The notes beneath the pieces are model-generated. The model did not search any database. It had not been told where the DNA came from and saw only the letters and a program-made list of their open reading frames with translations. Below are positions 27,211-38,142 of a stretch of 64,000 nucleotides of DNA, one piece after another. The position numbers and the translations under genes are program-made. Source of the DNA: an uncultured Micavibrio sp. (lineage in GTDB: Bacteria > Pseudomonadota > Alphaproteobacteria > Micavibrionales > UBA1664); contig CAYGLI010000003.1 in the NCBI GenBank assembly GCA_964350795.1, positions 272-64,271 on the forward strand, given 5' to 3'. Each line of letters starts with the position of its first letter. Position 1 is the stretch's first letter.

Positions 27211-27227
27211 CAGTACAACCACCATTT
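27211..27227 (+). repeat. degenerate third copy of the tRNA-Val 3' end (decayed att site)
   Basis: 17 of 18 positions match 19302-19320 with a 1-nt deletion. Confidence 0.6.
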
Positions 27228-27243
27228 TTAAATATTACAAAAC

Positions 27244-28224
27244 TTACCCAAACAAATGTTTCACCGCGTCGCGTTCTTCGCGCAATTCGGTCTCTGTCGC
27301 TTTAATTTTTTCGGATGAAAATTCATCAACACTCAGCCCGTGAACAATTTCATATTGTCCGTTTGCACATGTGACGGGATAACCAAAAATAATGCCTTCC
27401 TTAATACCGTATGATCCATCGGATGGAATCGCCATGGACACCCAATCGCCATCCGCCGTCCCCAACGCCCAATTGCGCATATGGTCAATGGCCGCCGATG
27501 CCGCCGATGCCGCCGATGATGCACCACGCGCCTTAATAATGGCCGCGCCGCGTTGTTGTACGGTTGGAATAAATTCATCCTTATACCATCCATAATCGAC
27601 CAAGTCCTTGGCCGACGATCCATTCACAGTGGCGTTTGTAATATCAGGATATTGTGTCGCCGAGTGATTGCCCCATATCGTCATTTTTTTCACATCCGAT
27701 GAATGCGCGTCCAATTTATCACCCAATTGGCTGAGTGCGCGATTATGATCCAAACGCATCATTGCCGTGAAACATTTTGGATCAAGGTCAGGCGCATTCT
27801 GTTGCGCAATTAATGCATTTGTATTGGCAGGGTTCCCAACCACCAAAACCTTAACATCACGCGATGCATGGTCATTCAATGCCTTACCTTGTGGGCCAAA
27901 AATAGCGCCATTGGCCTCAAGCAAATCTTTACGCTCCATCCCTGCGCCGCGAGGACGCGCCCCGACAAGCAATGCAAAATCAACATCCTTAAACGCGACA
28001 TTCGGATCATCCGATGTCACAACACCCGCCAATGTTGGGAAGGCGCAATCATTCAATTCCATCACCACACCCTCAAGCGCAGGCAGTGCAGGCGTAATTT
28101 CCAATAAATGAAGAATAACAGGTTGATCCGCACCCAACATCGCGCCCGATGCGATACGGAATAATAATGCATATCCAATTTGCCCTGCGGCTCCTGTGAC
28201 GGCGACTCTGACTGGTGATTTCAT
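27244..28224 (-). CDS. mdh: malate dehydrogenase (LDH-unlike, long-type MDH)
   Basis: 326 aa. [37 protein letters not shown] and [16 protein letters not shown]. Confidence 0.92.
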   Translation of the reverse strand: MKSPVRVAVTGAAGQIGYALLFRIASGAMLGADQPVILHLLEITPALPALEGVVMELNDCAFPTLAGVVTSDDPNVAFKDVDFALLVGARPRGAGMERKDLLEANGAIFGPQGKALNDHASRDVKVLVVGNPANTNALIAQQNAPDLDPKCFTAMMRLDHNRALSQLGDKLDAHSSDVKKMTIWGNHSATQYPDITNATVNGSSAKDLVDYGWYKDEFIPTVQQRGAAIIKARGASSAASAASAAIDHMRNWALGTADGDWVSMAIPSDGSYGIKEGIIFGYPVTCANGQYEIVHGLSVDEFSSEKIKATETELREERDAVKHLFG

Positions 28225-28254
28225 AATGATAAATCCTTTCCCAAAAATGATTTT

Positions 28255-28285
28255 AGGGTATTAGGATAACAGGATAGGTGGAATT
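28255..28285 (-). repeat. partial copy of the tail of the 1488-1680 element
   Basis: The reverse complement CCTATCCTGTTATCCTAATACCCTAAAATC aligns with GCTATCCTGCTATCCTTAAATCCTACCATC at 1645-1674. Confidence 0.5.
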
Positions 28286-28374
28286 GGAAAGAGGTTTCTC
28301 TGGTGTGGATATTACAAAAAGAAAACAATCTTAAAAATATTTTAAGTTAACGCGTATCCATTTCCATTTCACCC

Positions 28375-28403
28375 TTGACAAAATAGGAATAAAATCATAT
28401 AAT
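28375..28403 (+). promoter_or_regulatory. orphan consensus sigma70-type promoter (TTGACA-17-TATAAT)
   Basis: TTGACA at 28375-28380, exact 17-nt spacer, TATAAT at 28398-28403. An ATG at 28410 sits at the expected +1. There is no annotated plus-strand gene downstream. Confidence 0.55.
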
Positions 28404-28530
28404 AACTCTATGATTTTAAACGTAAAAACAAAAGAAAAGACCGCAACAAAACACAAACTCTGGAACGAACTGAGTTTTTGCCGTTTTTCCCTTATATTTC
28501 AATCGATTAGATTATATAAAACAATCGTTA

Positions 28531-29961
28531 TTACAATGTATTGGTTAAATCCAACCCTTCGGTACGCAAGATTTCTTGAATCGCATCAAATAACTTAGTC
28601 AGATTTTCCTTCGTATCGGCCTCACGACGGATGGTCAGGCAATTTTGCGTATTGGATGCACGCATTAACCACCATCCATAATCATATTCAACACGGACAC
28701 CATCAATATCAATGACATTCGCCCCTTCGGATTTCTCGCGCGCTAATTTTGCCAAGCGATCAACGATGGCGAATTTTTTGGATTCTTCAACCTCTATACG
28801 AACCTCTGGCGTGGAAAAAAGTTCCGGCAAATCGGCGGTCAATGATGACACTGCGCCATCCGCCATATTCATCACATTCAACATGCGGATCGCACAATAT
28901 AGGCCATCGTCAAATCCATACCAGCTATCGCCAAAAAATATGTGGCCTGATAATTCACCTGATAATGGCGATTTTTCCTCGGCCATTTTTGTTTTTATCA
29001 GGGAATGTCCCGTTTTCCACATAATCGGGTTTCCACCCATTTTGGCAATCTCGTTAAACATGATTGGAGAACATTTTACATCCCCAACAATCGTTGCACC
29101 TGGGTGGCGTTTCAACACATCACGGCAATATAAAATCATCATGATATCGCATCGAATAACCTCGGCCTTTTCATTCACTATTCCAATGCGGTCGCCATCA
29201 CCGTCAAAGGCAATCCCAATATCACATTGTTTTTCCAAAACCAATTTTTGCAAATCAATCAGGTTTTTATCAACGGTTGGGTCAGGGTGATGATTTGGAA
29301 AATCACCGTCAATGTCATCGTAAATGACAAAATGTTCACCCGGTAATTTTGACACGATATCCGAAAGCACAGCCCCCGCCGCACCATTACCCGCATCCCA
29401 TGCCACACGCATTTCACGGTCTGGGTGCCCAACAAAATCTTTAACAATACGGTTCACGTATTCGGCGCGGATATCCAATTCGGTTTCCGTGCCGTAATCG
29501 CCTGTTGCCCAATCAGCCTCAGCCGCAATACGGCCAATTTCACGGATCATATCGCCATAAACTGATTTATTCTGAAGCACCATTTTAAACCCATTATATT
29601 CGGATGGGTTGTGCGATCCCGTAATCATAATCGCGCCATCAAATTGGCGATCCTTCGCGGCAAAATACGTCATGGGTGTTGGGCCAAGGGGCAGGCGTTC
29701 AACGTTCACACCAACGGTGCGAAGCCCATTCACAACCGCCGCGGATAATGATGGCGACGAATGGCGACCATCAAATCCAACCACAACGCGATCACCACCC
29801 GCACGACGAACCAATGTTCCAAACGACGCGCCAATCGCCCAAGCGTCCGCATCCGTAACATTGTCGCCCACGATTCCGCGAATATCATATTCACGCAAAA
29901 TCAATGGGTCGAATATATGTGGTTGGCGTGTGTTTTCTTTTTCAGTTTCAAGCGGCTGCAT
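28531..29961 (-). CDS. phosphomannomutase/phosphoglucomutase
   Basis: 476 aa. Active-site loop TGSHNPSEYNGFK, FDGDGDR, and GELSGHIFF. Confidence 0.9.
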   Translation of the reverse strand: MQPLETEKENTRQPHIFDPLILREYDIRGIVGDNVTDADAWAIGASFGTLVRRAGGDRVVVGFDGRHSSPSLSAAVVNGLRTVGVNVERLPLGPTPMTYFAAKDRQFDGAIMITGSHNPSEYNGFKMVLQNKSVYGDMIREIGRIAAEADWATGDYGTETELDIRAEYVNRIVKDFVGHPDREMRVAWDAGNGAAGAVLSDIVSKLPGEHFVIYDDIDGDFPNHHPDPTVDKNLIDLQKLVLEKQCDIGIAFDGDGDRIGIVNEKAEVIRCDIMMILYCRDVLKRHPGATIVGDVKCSPIMFNEIAKMGGNPIMWKTGHSLIKTKMAEEKSPLSGELSGHIFFGDSWYGFDDGLYCAIRMLNVMNMADGAVSSLTADLPELFSTPEVRIEVEESKKFAIVDRLAKLAREKSEGANVIDIDGVRVEYDYGWWLMRASNTQNCLTIRREADTKENLTKLFDAIQEILRTEGLDLTNTL

Positions 29962-30844
29962 GGTTTTTATCTCTCTTTATATATTTCTCTAAAATCTTAT
30001 ATGTCTCGGCGCCCAATTGTGGATCGGCGAGGGCAAAGGCCAAATTCGCTTCTATAAATCCAAGGTGATGACCGCAATCATATGTTTCACCTTTTAATTT
30101 AACCGATGTGAATTCTTGGCTCTTCATAAGCTCCTCCATTGCATCTGTCAATTGAATTTCCCCACCAGCGCCGATACGTCGTTGCTCCAAAATTCCAAAG
30201 ATTTCTGGTTGTAAAATATAGCGCCCTAAAATATGCAGGTTTGATGGTGCGTCCTCTGGTTTTGGTTTTTCAACCATCGCCTTGATTTTAGACACATCGG
30301 CGGTTTCATCCTCGACATCCAAAATACCGTATTTGTATGTCAGGTTGCGTTCAACAGGGCTGGATGCAATGATGTTTCCACCATGTGTTTTATACGCATC
30401 CATCATTTGCGCCATACATCCCGTTTCACCCAATGTCATCACATCAACAAGGAAAATCGCAAACGGTTCATCGCCAACCAAATTTTTTGCGCACCAAATC
30501 GCGTGCCCCAAACCCAACGCCCGTTGTTGAATCGTGATTTGCACATGACCAGATGGAATATCGCTATGTGATAGTTTTTCCAATAAATCCTGTTTGTCTT
30601 TTTCCTCTAGGGCATCCCTTAATTCAGGTTGAATTTCAAAATGTTGCGTAATGAGGGATTTTCCGCGGCCAGAAACAAAGATGAACTCTTCTATTCCTGC
30701 CTCCTGCGCCTCCTCGACCGCGCGTTGAATTAGGGGACGGTCAACAAGGGGTAACATTTCCTTTGGCAAGACCTTGGTTGCAGGCAGGAAACGTGTGCCC
30801 AACCCCGCAACGGGAAAGACGGCTTTTTTGACTGGTTTATTCAT
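29948..30844 (-). CDS. galU: UTP--glucose-1-phosphate uridylyltransferase
   Basis: KAVFPVAGLGTRFLPATKVLPKEMLPLVDRPLIQ and VEKP motifs. Confidence 0.92.
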   Translation of the reverse strand: MNKPVKKAVFPVAGLGTRFLPATKVLPKEMLPLVDRPLIQRAVEEAQEAGIEEFIFVSGRGKSLITQHFEIQPELRDALEEKDKQDLLEKLSHSDIPSGHVQITIQQRALGLGHAIWCAKNLVGDEPFAIFLVDVMTLGETGCMAQMMDAYKTHGGNIIASSPVERNLTYKYGILDVEDETADVSKIKAMVEKPKPEDAPSNLHILGRYILQPEIFGILEQRRIGAGGEIQLTDAMEELMKSQEFTSVKLKGETYDCGHHLGFIEANLAFALADPQLGAETYKILEKYIKRDKNHAAA

Positions 30845-30859
30845 AAGGGTGACAATAAA

Positions 30860-31102
30860 CTACTCTTTATCCTTATTCAATAAGCCATAAAGTTTGGTCA
30901 CAAGCGGTATCATCACCGCCGCCAATATTCCCGCAATTGGTAATTTTCCAATTAAAATCATTGAAAATATCAAAACAAGGCATAAACCAATCGCCAGCGA
31001 GAGCAGCGCCTTTTGCGCCTCTTCCTTGGTGGAGCGGCGCAAAAATTTATAAAGCGCATATCCACCAATCGCAATTCCGAATATGAGAAGAAGGAATGGC
31101 AT
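30860..31102 (-). CDS. hypothetical small membrane protein (80 aa)
   Basis: Three hydrophobic segments. The start overlaps the upstream ORF stop by 1 nt, and it lies upstream of galU on the same strand. Confidence 0.45.
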   Translation of the reverse strand: MPFLLLIFGIAIGGYALYKFLRRSTKEEAQKALLSLAIGLCLVLIFSMILIGKLPIAGILAAVMIPLVTKLYGLLNKDKE

Positions 31103-31533
31103 TAACCTAAAGCTCTATTAATTCTAGATTTTAATGCGCTTCCATTTTTTTCTTTAAGAAGTCTATCAATTTTACTTTGTGCACCGCTTACGCTACTGAA
31201 CATTCCATCAATAATATAAAGTGGTTTTACCCCATTTTGTTCAGCTTGCATTGGATTAGCTACATCATCGTCAGCCAGATTAATGTCAGGCCCATAAACA
31301 ACTCTATGGCGATCACCATAAAGAAAAAATTGAATTTCTTCCCCTGTACCTGTTCTCGCTCTGTTAACTTGTACCTTACAATCATATTCAGGAAATAGTG
31401 GGTTCTCTGGCAAATTGACTATACGACGATCAATGGTTTTTAAAACTTGTATCATTAATGCTTCATCAACATAGTAAAGCACTTCACCGACACCCATTTC
31501 TCCAATAATAATTTCTTCTTTTTCACTATCCAT
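31102..31533 (-). CDS. hypothetical protein (143 aa)
   Basis: AT-rich with no recognised motif. It is first in the apparent operon with the 80-aa gene, galU and pgm. Confidence 0.45.
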   Translation of the reverse strand: MDSEKEEIIIGEMGVGEVLYYVDEALMIQVLKTIDRRIVNLPENPLFPEYDCKVQVNRARTGTGEEIQFFLYGDRHRVVYGPDINLADDDVANPMQAEQNGVKPLYIIDGMFSSVSGAQSKIDRLLKEKNGSALKSRINRALG

Positions 31534-31566
31534 TTTAATTTCCTCAAAACTTGTTACTATATTTAT

Positions 31567-33258
31567 ATGTTTGACACTAAAGCACGATTATCGAAATTCC
31601 GTCAAGTTTTAAAGCGTCAAAAAATTGACGCCTTTATCATTCCTCAAGCCGATCGTTGGCAATCGGAACATCCTGATGATTGTGACCAGCGTTTGAAATT
31701 TATGACGGGGCTGGACGCCAGCGCAGGATACGCGGTTATTACCCAAGAGAACGCATGTGTGATGATTGACGGGCGATATGCCTTGAGCGCGAAAGAGCAG
31801 GTTGATACATCTCTTTTTGACATTGTGTACTATACCGACATCATGCCTGAACAATGGGCAATCAACCATATCCGCAAGGGTGGTGTGATTGGATATGATT
31901 CATGGTTACACACACGCAAAGACACGAAACGCATGCAGAAAACATGCAATGATGCTGGTGTTTATTTAACCTCAGTCGCGTATAATTTGGTTGATAATAT
32001 ATGGGATAATCAGCCCAAGCCTGTCTCGCAAATTGCCATTCATCATGACATTCAATTTTCTGGGCGATCTGTCGATGATAAATTATCCGACATTGCGAAG
32101 GTTATGGACGACAACAAAACAGACAGTGTGATTATCACTGCGCCCGATTCAATCGCGTGGATGTTAAATTTACGAACAATCGAAAATCCACAAGCACCCG
32201 GAATAAAAGGATTCTCGATTTTTGAAAAAAATGAAAATCGTGTGACCGTTTTTACCGATGTGGATTGTTCAGTATTCGATTGCAAACAAACCAAAATTTT
32301 TGAAATTGATTTTATTGCGCTTGATGAATTTCCGATGGCCGTTGCCCATTTTGAAAAAAAAGAACAGGTTGTTCAAATTTCAGAAAACGCGCCTGATTGG
32401 TTGACAGACCACATGAATGCCCCCGCAAGTGAGATTGTAAAAAAAGACGACCCCTGCGAATTGTTAAAGACCATTAAAAATGATGTTGAACAACAGGGAA
32501 TTCGTGACTCTCATTTACGTGATGCCACCGCGGTTAAAAACACAATAAATCACATTAAAAAACAAAAACAACTCACTGAAAAAAATATAGAATCATACCT
32601 TATTAAACAACGTCAAACGGCAAATTTATTTCGTGGCGTCTCGTTTGATTCGATTGTTGGATGGAATGCCAATGGCGCAAAAATTCATGGCGCGCCAACC
32701 GATACAATTATTGAAGGTGATGGATTATTATTAATCGATTCTGGTGGACAATATGATGATGGCACCACCGATATCACACGCACGATTGCGGTTGGAAACC
32801 CCACAGATGAGATGAAAAAAAACTATACGCTTGTCCTACGTGCCCATATTGCGCTTGCCACCGCCCTCTTCCCCAAAGGCACAACAGGCATACAATTAGA
32901 TGCCATCACCCGCGCACCATTATGGGCAAACGGTATTGATTACGCCCATGGAACAGGGCACGGCGTGGGACATTTTTTGAACGTGCACGAAGGCCCGTGT
33001 GGAATTTCACCGCGATCCAACCAACCATTATTGGAAGGTATGTTACTCTCTAACGAACCTGGATATTACCGCGAGGGCGCATACGGCATACGCCTTGAAA
33101 ATCTGATATTGGTTCAAAAATGCCCGAACCATGATGGGTTTTTATGCTTTGAAACCATCACAAAAGTGCCGTTTGACGAAGACTGCATCATCCGCAACAT
33201 GATGACCCCATCCGAATTAAAATGGCTAGATGATTATCAAGCGGAGACTACTCCTTAA
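31567..33258 (+). CDS. M24-family Xaa-Pro aminopeptidase (aminopeptidase P-like)
   Basis: 563 aa. Metal-binding signature [24 protein letters not shown], and IRLEN. Confidence 0.85.
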   Translation: MFDTKARLSKFRQVLKRQKIDAFIIPQADRWQSEHPDDCDQRLKFMTGLDASAGYAVITQENACVMIDGRYALSAKEQVDTSLFDIVYYTDIMPEQWAINHIRKGGVIGYDSWLHTRKDTKRMQKTCNDAGVYLTSVAYNLVDNIWDNQPKPVSQIAIHHDIQFSGRSVDDKLSDIAKVMDDNKTDSVIITAPDSIAWMLNLRTIENPQAPGIKGFSIFEKNENRVTVFTDVDCSVFDCKQTKIFEIDFIALDEFPMAVAHFEKKEQVVQISENAPDWLTDHMNAPASEIVKKDDPCELLKTIKNDVEQQGIRDSHLRDATAVKNTINHIKKQKQLTEKNIESYLIKQRQTANLFRGVSFDSIVGWNANGAKIHGAPTDTIIEGDGLLLIDSGGQYDDGTTDITRTIAVGNPTDEMKKNYTLVLRAHIALATALFPKGTTGIQLDAITRAPLWANGIDYAHGTGHGVGHFLNVHEGPCGISPRSNQPLLEGMLLSNEPGYYREGAYGIRLENLILVQKCPNHDGFLCFETITKVPFDEDCIIRNMMTPSELKWLDDYQAETTP

Positions 33259-33736
33259 GCAATCGTGCCTTGTTGCGATTCCAATCACGCTCTTTAACCG
33301 TGGCACGTTTATCATGTTGTTTTTTTCCGCGTGCCAAGGCAATTGTTATTTTCGCCATCCCCTTATCATCAAAAAATAATTTGATAGGGACAATGGTCAA
33401 CCCTTCCTTTTGAACGCCACCAATCAGTTTGTTAATCTCACGTCGGTTCAAAAGTAATTTTCGCGGGCGTGCCATCTCATGTTGAAAAAATCGCCCTGCC
33501 TGTGTGTATTGTTGAATATTGGCGTTCAACAAGAAAATCTCCGTTCCTTTTTCTTTCACATACGCCTCATTGATACTGGCCTGCCCAAGGCGCAAAGATT
33601 TTACCTCTGTTCCATACAACACAATTCCGGCCTCAAATTCATTAATCAATTCATAATCAAATTTGGCGCGACGATTATGCGCAATCGTTACGTCCTTGGT
33701 GAGCATTCCAGATGAATTTTTATTCTTTTTAACCAT
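33248..33736 (-). CDS. smpB: SsrA-binding protein SmpB
   Basis: [32 protein letters not shown] ... [12 protein letters not shown]. The start is placed at ATG 33736 to match SmpB length; the track ORF extends to 33814. Confidence 0.9.
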   Translation of the reverse strand: MVKKNKNSSGMLTKDVTIAHNRRAKFDYELINEFEAGIVLYGTEVKSLRLGQASINEAYVKEKGTEIFLLNANIQQYTQAGRFFQHEMARPRKLLLNRREINKLIGGVQKEGLTIVPIKLFFDDKGMAKITIALARGKKQHDKRATVKERDWNRNKARLLKE

Positions 33737-33788
33737 AGCGTGGGTATCATGCATTTTCTTGGGTCTCCTATCAAGATAAACCTTTAAA

Positions 33789-35684
33789 ATGGAGCAATTC
33801 CGAATTATTGTCATTTGTATGAGATTCCTATTTTTATTTGCCTTAATACTTGTCGCATGGACACCATCCTACGCCGATGATATTGCCGCGGTGAAGGCCG
33901 CATCCAATAAAAATTATTCAGTGCAAACATCCTCCGCAACGGGCCGTTCACTGGTTGATTGGTATCGCTTGCGGCAATCCAATAATATTAGTTTTCGCGA
34001 TGCCGTCATATTTTTGAACACGCATAAAAACTGGCCTGATTTATCAACTATCCGAAAAAAAGCCGAGGAGTCCATCTCATCTGCCAATCCATCGAATGAA
34101 GTCATTCAATATTTCAATGCCTATCCTCCATTGACGGCAAAGGGAATGGATCATTATTTAAGCGCATTGATCGCCACAAAACAAACGGCACAGGCGATGC
34201 AAACATTGAAAAATTATTGGCCAAAGGCGGTTATTGCACCCAACGATCAGGATATGATTATCAATAAATATGGCCGATATTTAGGGTCACAAGACCATGA
34301 AAGGCGCCTGCGCCATATTATTCATGATAAACATTATACGGCCTCACGCGCACTCGCCCGAATATTAGGCAATGGATACCCTGAATTGGTTGAGGCAAAA
34401 ATCGCACTGATTGAGGGGAAATCTGATGTGAATAATTTGGTCGCAAAAGTTCCTGCAGGATTACGCAATAATGAGGCTCTCATGCTTGCCCGAACTCAAT
34501 GGCGGCGAAAAAACAACCATGATACGGGTGCCATCGATTTATTAAATCGCGCCCCAACCCATAACCGCATGTCCAACCCAAAAGATTGGTGGACAGAGCG
34601 TCACATTATGACCCGCCGTTTGATGGAGGAAGGGAAATGGGGCAGTGCCTATCAATTAGCCTCCAATCATCGGCAAAAAGATGGGTTTTCATTTGCACAA
34701 GCAGAATTTGTATCCGGGTGGATTGCGTTAAGAAAAATCGGAAAACCATGGGAAGCCTTCAAACATTTTGAAAATTTATTCAATGCAGTTGAAAGTCCAA
34801 TTAGTCGATCTCGTGGCGCTTACTGGGCGGGGTTAGCATCCGATACGCTCGGTCATTCAGAGGTTGCGATGCAATGGTATCGTGTTGCCGCAAAATACCA
34901 AACAACCTATTACGGACAAATGGCGGCGCAACGCATTAACCTGCCTTTGGCTTTATTGAATGAAACACCAATTCAGGTTACGCCCGAAGCTCGCCAAAGA
35001 TTTCGTCAAAATTCATTAATATCGGCCGCTATCTTACTTCATCGTTCTGGTCAAAATCGTGCGTCGAAACAATTTTTTGATGCCTTCGCCGATAGTGCAA
35101 AAAATGGTTTGGATTATTCCCTCTCGGCAGAGCTTGCAAAATCATTGGGATATAATGATGCGGCACTGAATATCGCCAAGGATGCGGAACGTGCGGGATA
35201 TTTAATGCCATCCTATTTATTCCCCGTTTTACCGGCCGCAAGAGAGAGAGGATACGCCATCCACCCTGCATTTAATCACGGCATCATGCGCCAAGAAAGT
35301 GCGTTTGATCAATATGCACAATCACACGCAGGCGCATTAGGCTTAATGCAATTAATGCCCGCCACCGCCAAAGAGACTGCGCAAAAAGCAGGATTACCTT
35401 ATTCAAAATCACGGCTAACATCTGACCCCTCTTACAATATGACTCTCGGGTCGCTCTATATTAAACAAATGTTAGATCGATTTGATGGCAATCGCACACT
35501 TGCCATTGCCGCCTATAATGCAGGTCCAGGGCGTGTATCAGGATGGGTCAAGGAATTTGGGGACCCTCGTGACCCAAATATTGACGAGGTTGATTGGATT
35601 GAGGGCATTCCAATTTATGAAACACGTAATTACGTTCAACGCGTGACAGAGGCCATCAACGTCTATTCCCGCCTCATACAATAG
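33789..35684 (+). CDS. soluble lytic murein transglycosylase (Slt-like)
   Basis: 631 aa. Signal peptide (an alternative start at 33819 gives [14 protein letters not shown]). SLT catalytic region [10 protein letters not shown]...[10 protein letters not shown]...AYNAGPGRV. Confidence 0.85.
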   Translation: MEQFRIIVICMRFLFLFALILVAWTPSYADDIAAVKAASNKNYSVQTSSATGRSLVDWYRLRQSNNISFRDAVIFLNTHKNWPDLSTIRKKAEESISSANPSNEVIQYFNAYPPLTAKGMDHYLSALIATKQTAQAMQTLKNYWPKAVIAPNDQDMIINKYGRYLGSQDHERRLRHIIHDKHYTASRALARILGNGYPELVEAKIALIEGKSDVNNLVAKVPAGLRNNEALMLARTQWRRKNNHDTGAIDLLNRAPTHNRMSNPKDWWTERHIMTRRLMEEGKWGSAYQLASNHRQKDGFSFAQAEFVSGWIALRKIGKPWEAFKHFENLFNAVESPISRSRGAYWAGLASDTLGHSEVAMQWYRVAAKYQTTYYGQMAAQRINLPLALLNETPIQVTPEARQRFRQNSLISAAILLHRSGQNRASKQFFDAFADSAKNGLDYSLSAELAKSLGYNDAALNIAKDAERAGYLMPSYLFPVLPAARERGYAIHPAFNHGIMRQESAFDQYAQSHAGALGLMQLMPATAKETAQKAGLPYSKSRLTSDPSYNMTLGSLYIKQMLDRFDGNRTLAIAAYNAGPGRVSGWVKEFGDPRDPNIDEVDWIEGIPIYETRNYVQRVTEAINVYSRLIQ

Positions 35685-35762
35685 TAATAAAACACAAAAA
35701 ATCTATTTTTTGACTGTGCTTTATACTACTTTGGTATAGTATAAATCATAGGGGAGACAAAA

Positions 35763-36443
35763 ATGGAAATATTATTGGCGGACGACCATGTGTTGTTCAG
35801 GGATGCGTTAATTCAATTTATGGCGGCCTTAAAACCTGATTGGAATATCACGGTTTCTGATGATTTTGATTTCGCCCTTGAATGCCTTGATAAAAGTCAA
35901 AAATTTGACCTTGTCTTACTCGATCTTCGGATGCCTGGCATGAATGGCTTAAATGGCCTGGAAACTATTCGAAAACAATATCCTGAACAAATGATTGCTA
36001 TCCTCTCTGGCGTTGCCGAGGAACACCATGTAAAGGAGGCCATGGCCATGGGCGCGCAAGCCTATTTCCCTAAAACACTTTCTGGTAAGGCTTTGATTAA
36101 AGCCATTGAGTATATAAAAGCCTCAGGCCAAAAATTTGTTCCCATGGCGGATGATGGCACAAAAATTATGCCTGCTTATTTTGACGACCACGGCAATTAC
36201 GTTATTACCGAAACGCCACAGACGAAAGTTATCCCTCATAAAATATTGGATAGTCTGACAAAGCGAGAGGCGGAAGTTCTAACCTATCTTGCGCGCGGAC
36301 TTTCCAACAAAGAAATTGCTGACGAAATGGGCATCCAAATCGCCACGGTAAAATTGCATGTCAGCGGCGTATGCAAAAAATTAAACGCTGATAACAGGAC
36401 ACAAGCTGCCGTCCTCGCACACCAATATGGTCTAACAACATAA
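35763..36443 (+). CDS. LuxR/FixJ-family two-component response regulator
   Basis: REC domain (ILLADDH...LVLLDLRMPGMNG) plus a C-terminal LuxR HTH (LTKREAEVLTYLARGLSNKEIADEMGIQIATVKLHV). Confidence 0.85.
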   Translation: MEILLADDHVLFRDALIQFMAALKPDWNITVSDDFDFALECLDKSQKFDLVLLDLRMPGMNGLNGLETIRKQYPEQMIAILSGVAEEHHVKEAMAMGAQAYFPKTLSGKALIKAIEYIKASGQKFVPMADDGTKIMPAYFDDHGNYVITETPQTKVIPHKILDSLTKREAEVLTYLARGLSNKEIADEMGIQIATVKLHVSGVCKKLNADNRTQAAVLAHQYGLTT

Positions 36444-36494
36444 CGGCGACATCAAAGGTTAGATTTTATTGATAATCGGATTATACTGTAATGT

Positions 36495-36977
36495 ATGGAC
36501 GCAAAATTTTTTGACCCCAACCGTGAAGAAGATCAATTTGATATTTCAATTGATTATCATGGACAGTGGCACCATCAGGGATCACCCATTACACGGGATA
36601 AATTATCCGCCCTTTTTTCAACCGCCCTTCATTACGACATTGAAAAAAATGAATATTGGTTAGTTACACCGCACGAACAAGGACGCATTGAGGTTGCGGA
36701 TGTTCCCTTTATTATTATTGATTTTGAATGGAATAATGGTGACCTCATTTTAAAATCGAATTTAGGGCATGACATCAAGCCCGACGCTATAAACCCACTT
36801 TATTGCCGTGATAATGTGCCTTACTGTATTGTTAAAAATAATGTTCCAGCACGATTAAATCGGTTTGTCCGCGATCAATTGATTGATATCGCACTCTCGC
36901 AAAACGGATATAATGAAGATGAAAAAATATTGATATTAAAGGCCAATGGTCATGACCATATTATTGCCCGTTCATAA
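36495..36977 (+). CDS. DUF1285 family protein
   Basis: 160 aa. DISIDYHGQWHHQGSPITRDKLSALFS and the later PARLNRFVRDQL fit my recollection of DUF1285. Confidence 0.6.
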   Translation: MDAKFFDPNREEDQFDISIDYHGQWHHQGSPITRDKLSALFSTALHYDIEKNEYWLVTPHEQGRIEVADVPFIIIDFEWNNGDLILKSNLGHDIKPDAINPLYCRDNVPYCIVKNNVPARLNRFVRDQLIDIALSQNGYNEDEKILILKANGHDHIIARS

Positions 36978-38121
36978 AATTTCACCGCCACAATGGATGC
37001 GTGACCCTGACCTTATACGCGTGCTTGATACGCTTAATAATGATGATGTTAATGCGCGGATGGTTGGTGGATGCATTCGAAATCATTTTTTTAACAAAGA
37101 TATTTATGATATTGATATTGCATGTAAATTAGACGTTATCATATCGATTGAATTACTTACAAAAAATGGCATTAAGGTTATTCCAACCGGCATTGACCAT
37201 GGCACAATCACCGCACATTTAAACGATAAAAATTTTGAAATCACCACTCTTCGCCAAGATGTCGAAACGGATGGTCGCCACGCCGAAATCGAACCAACGG
37301 ACGACTGGGTTGAAGATGCCAAACGTCGCGACTTCACAATCAATGCATTATACGCCGACAGGGATGGAAGCATTTACGATCCACTGGAATCAGGTTTTTT
37401 AGACCTGCAAAACCACGTTGTACGATTTATCGGCAATGCTGAAACGCGCATAACCGAAGACGCTTTGCGCATCTTACGTTACTTTCGATTTTATGGCGAA
37501 TATCATGATGGAGAGGCCGACACAGAATCATTTAATGCCTGCGTGAAATTAAAAGACAAAATTCATGCGCTCTCCGATGAAAGAATCTACGATGAGATCT
37601 TTAAAATTTTAAAATTAAATAACGCGTATCGTGCGATTGAGTTAATGACAAATGCGCAAATTTTTCCAATTGATCTGACCAATATTGATGAATTAAAAAT
37701 ATTAATTAATTTACAAAACCAACTTCAAAAACAAAATTTATTATCACGATATTGTATTTTAAAAATTGATAAAAAATACATTAAAAACAATAAACAAAAT
37801 ATCTTTATTAAAAAATTAAATGAATTTATTTTATGGTGGAATAGTAATATAAAATACGCGTTGTATTTATATGATCGCGACGTCGTTATTCAAGGCCTGC
37901 TCATTCTAAAATCAAAAAACTATAATGCCATTGACGACATGGTTATTGCCAGCGCGATGAATGACAAAATCCCTGAATTTCCAATTATCGCAACAGATAT
38001 CATGACCCATTTCAGAATCCCTGAAGGACGTGAAGTCGGCGAAAAATTAAAACAAGCCGAACAAATTTGGATTGAAAGTGATTTCAAATTATCTCGTGAT
38101 GAAATTATAGAACGTCTGTGA
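36946..38121 (+). CDS. cca: CCA tRNA nucleotidyltransferase / poly(A) polymerase family protein
   Basis: 391 aa. RMVGGCIRN...DIDIA head domain, RRDFTINAL, and EDALRILRYFRF. Confidence 0.8.
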   Translation: MVMTILLPVHKISPPQWMRDPDLIRVLDTLNNDDVNARMVGGCIRNHFFNKDIYDIDIACKLDVIISIELLTKNGIKVIPTGIDHGTITAHLNDKNFEITTLRQDVETDGRHAEIEPTDDWVEDAKRRDFTINALYADRDGSIYDPLESGFLDLQNHVVRFIGNAETRITEDALRILRYFRFYGEYHDGEADTESFNACVKLKDKIHALSDERIYDEIFKILKLNNAYRAIELMTNAQIFPIDLTNIDELKILINLQNQLQKQNLLSRYCILKIDKKYIKNNKQNIFIKKLNEFILWWNSNIKYALYLYDRDVVIQGLLILKSKNYNAIDDMVIASAMNDKIPEFPIIATDIMTHFRIPEGREVGEKLKQAEQIWIESDFKLSRDEIIERL

Positions 38122-38142
38122 TTTTCAAAGTAATTTGAAAAA

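Larger units (their letters stand above)
25540..27227. mobile_element. older, integrase-less island remnant in the same tRNA-Val site
   Basis: It ends at CAGTACAACCACCATTT (27211-27227), which matches the tRNA 3' end CAGTACAACCCACCATTT with one C deleted. TGGGGGTA motifs occur near both ends. Cargo is a DUF1566-like gene plus two small ORFs. Confidence 0.6.

Noticed and set aside
27491-27517. Tandem 9-bp repeat GCCGCCGAT x3 inside mdh.
   Set aside because: It encodes the conserved [10 protein letters not shown] segment of malate dehydrogenases (the family reads RG.SSAASAA.A). It is in-frame native coding sequence, not an expansion or insertion.
28712-29290. Long antisense shadow ORFs. Examples: 28712..29290 (+, 192 aa), 39449..39892 (-, 147 aa), 18092..18538 (-, 148 aa), 6370..6795 (-, 141 aa), 10141..10533 (+, 130 aa), 14002..14406 (+, 134 aa).
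   Set aside because: Each lies entirely opposite a gene with strong, family-typical sequence (pgm, petA, the FliK-like gene, rpsU/yejA, cheY/cheW, chpT). Their translations are low-complexity or Arg/Pro/Ser-rich, as expected for shadow frames.
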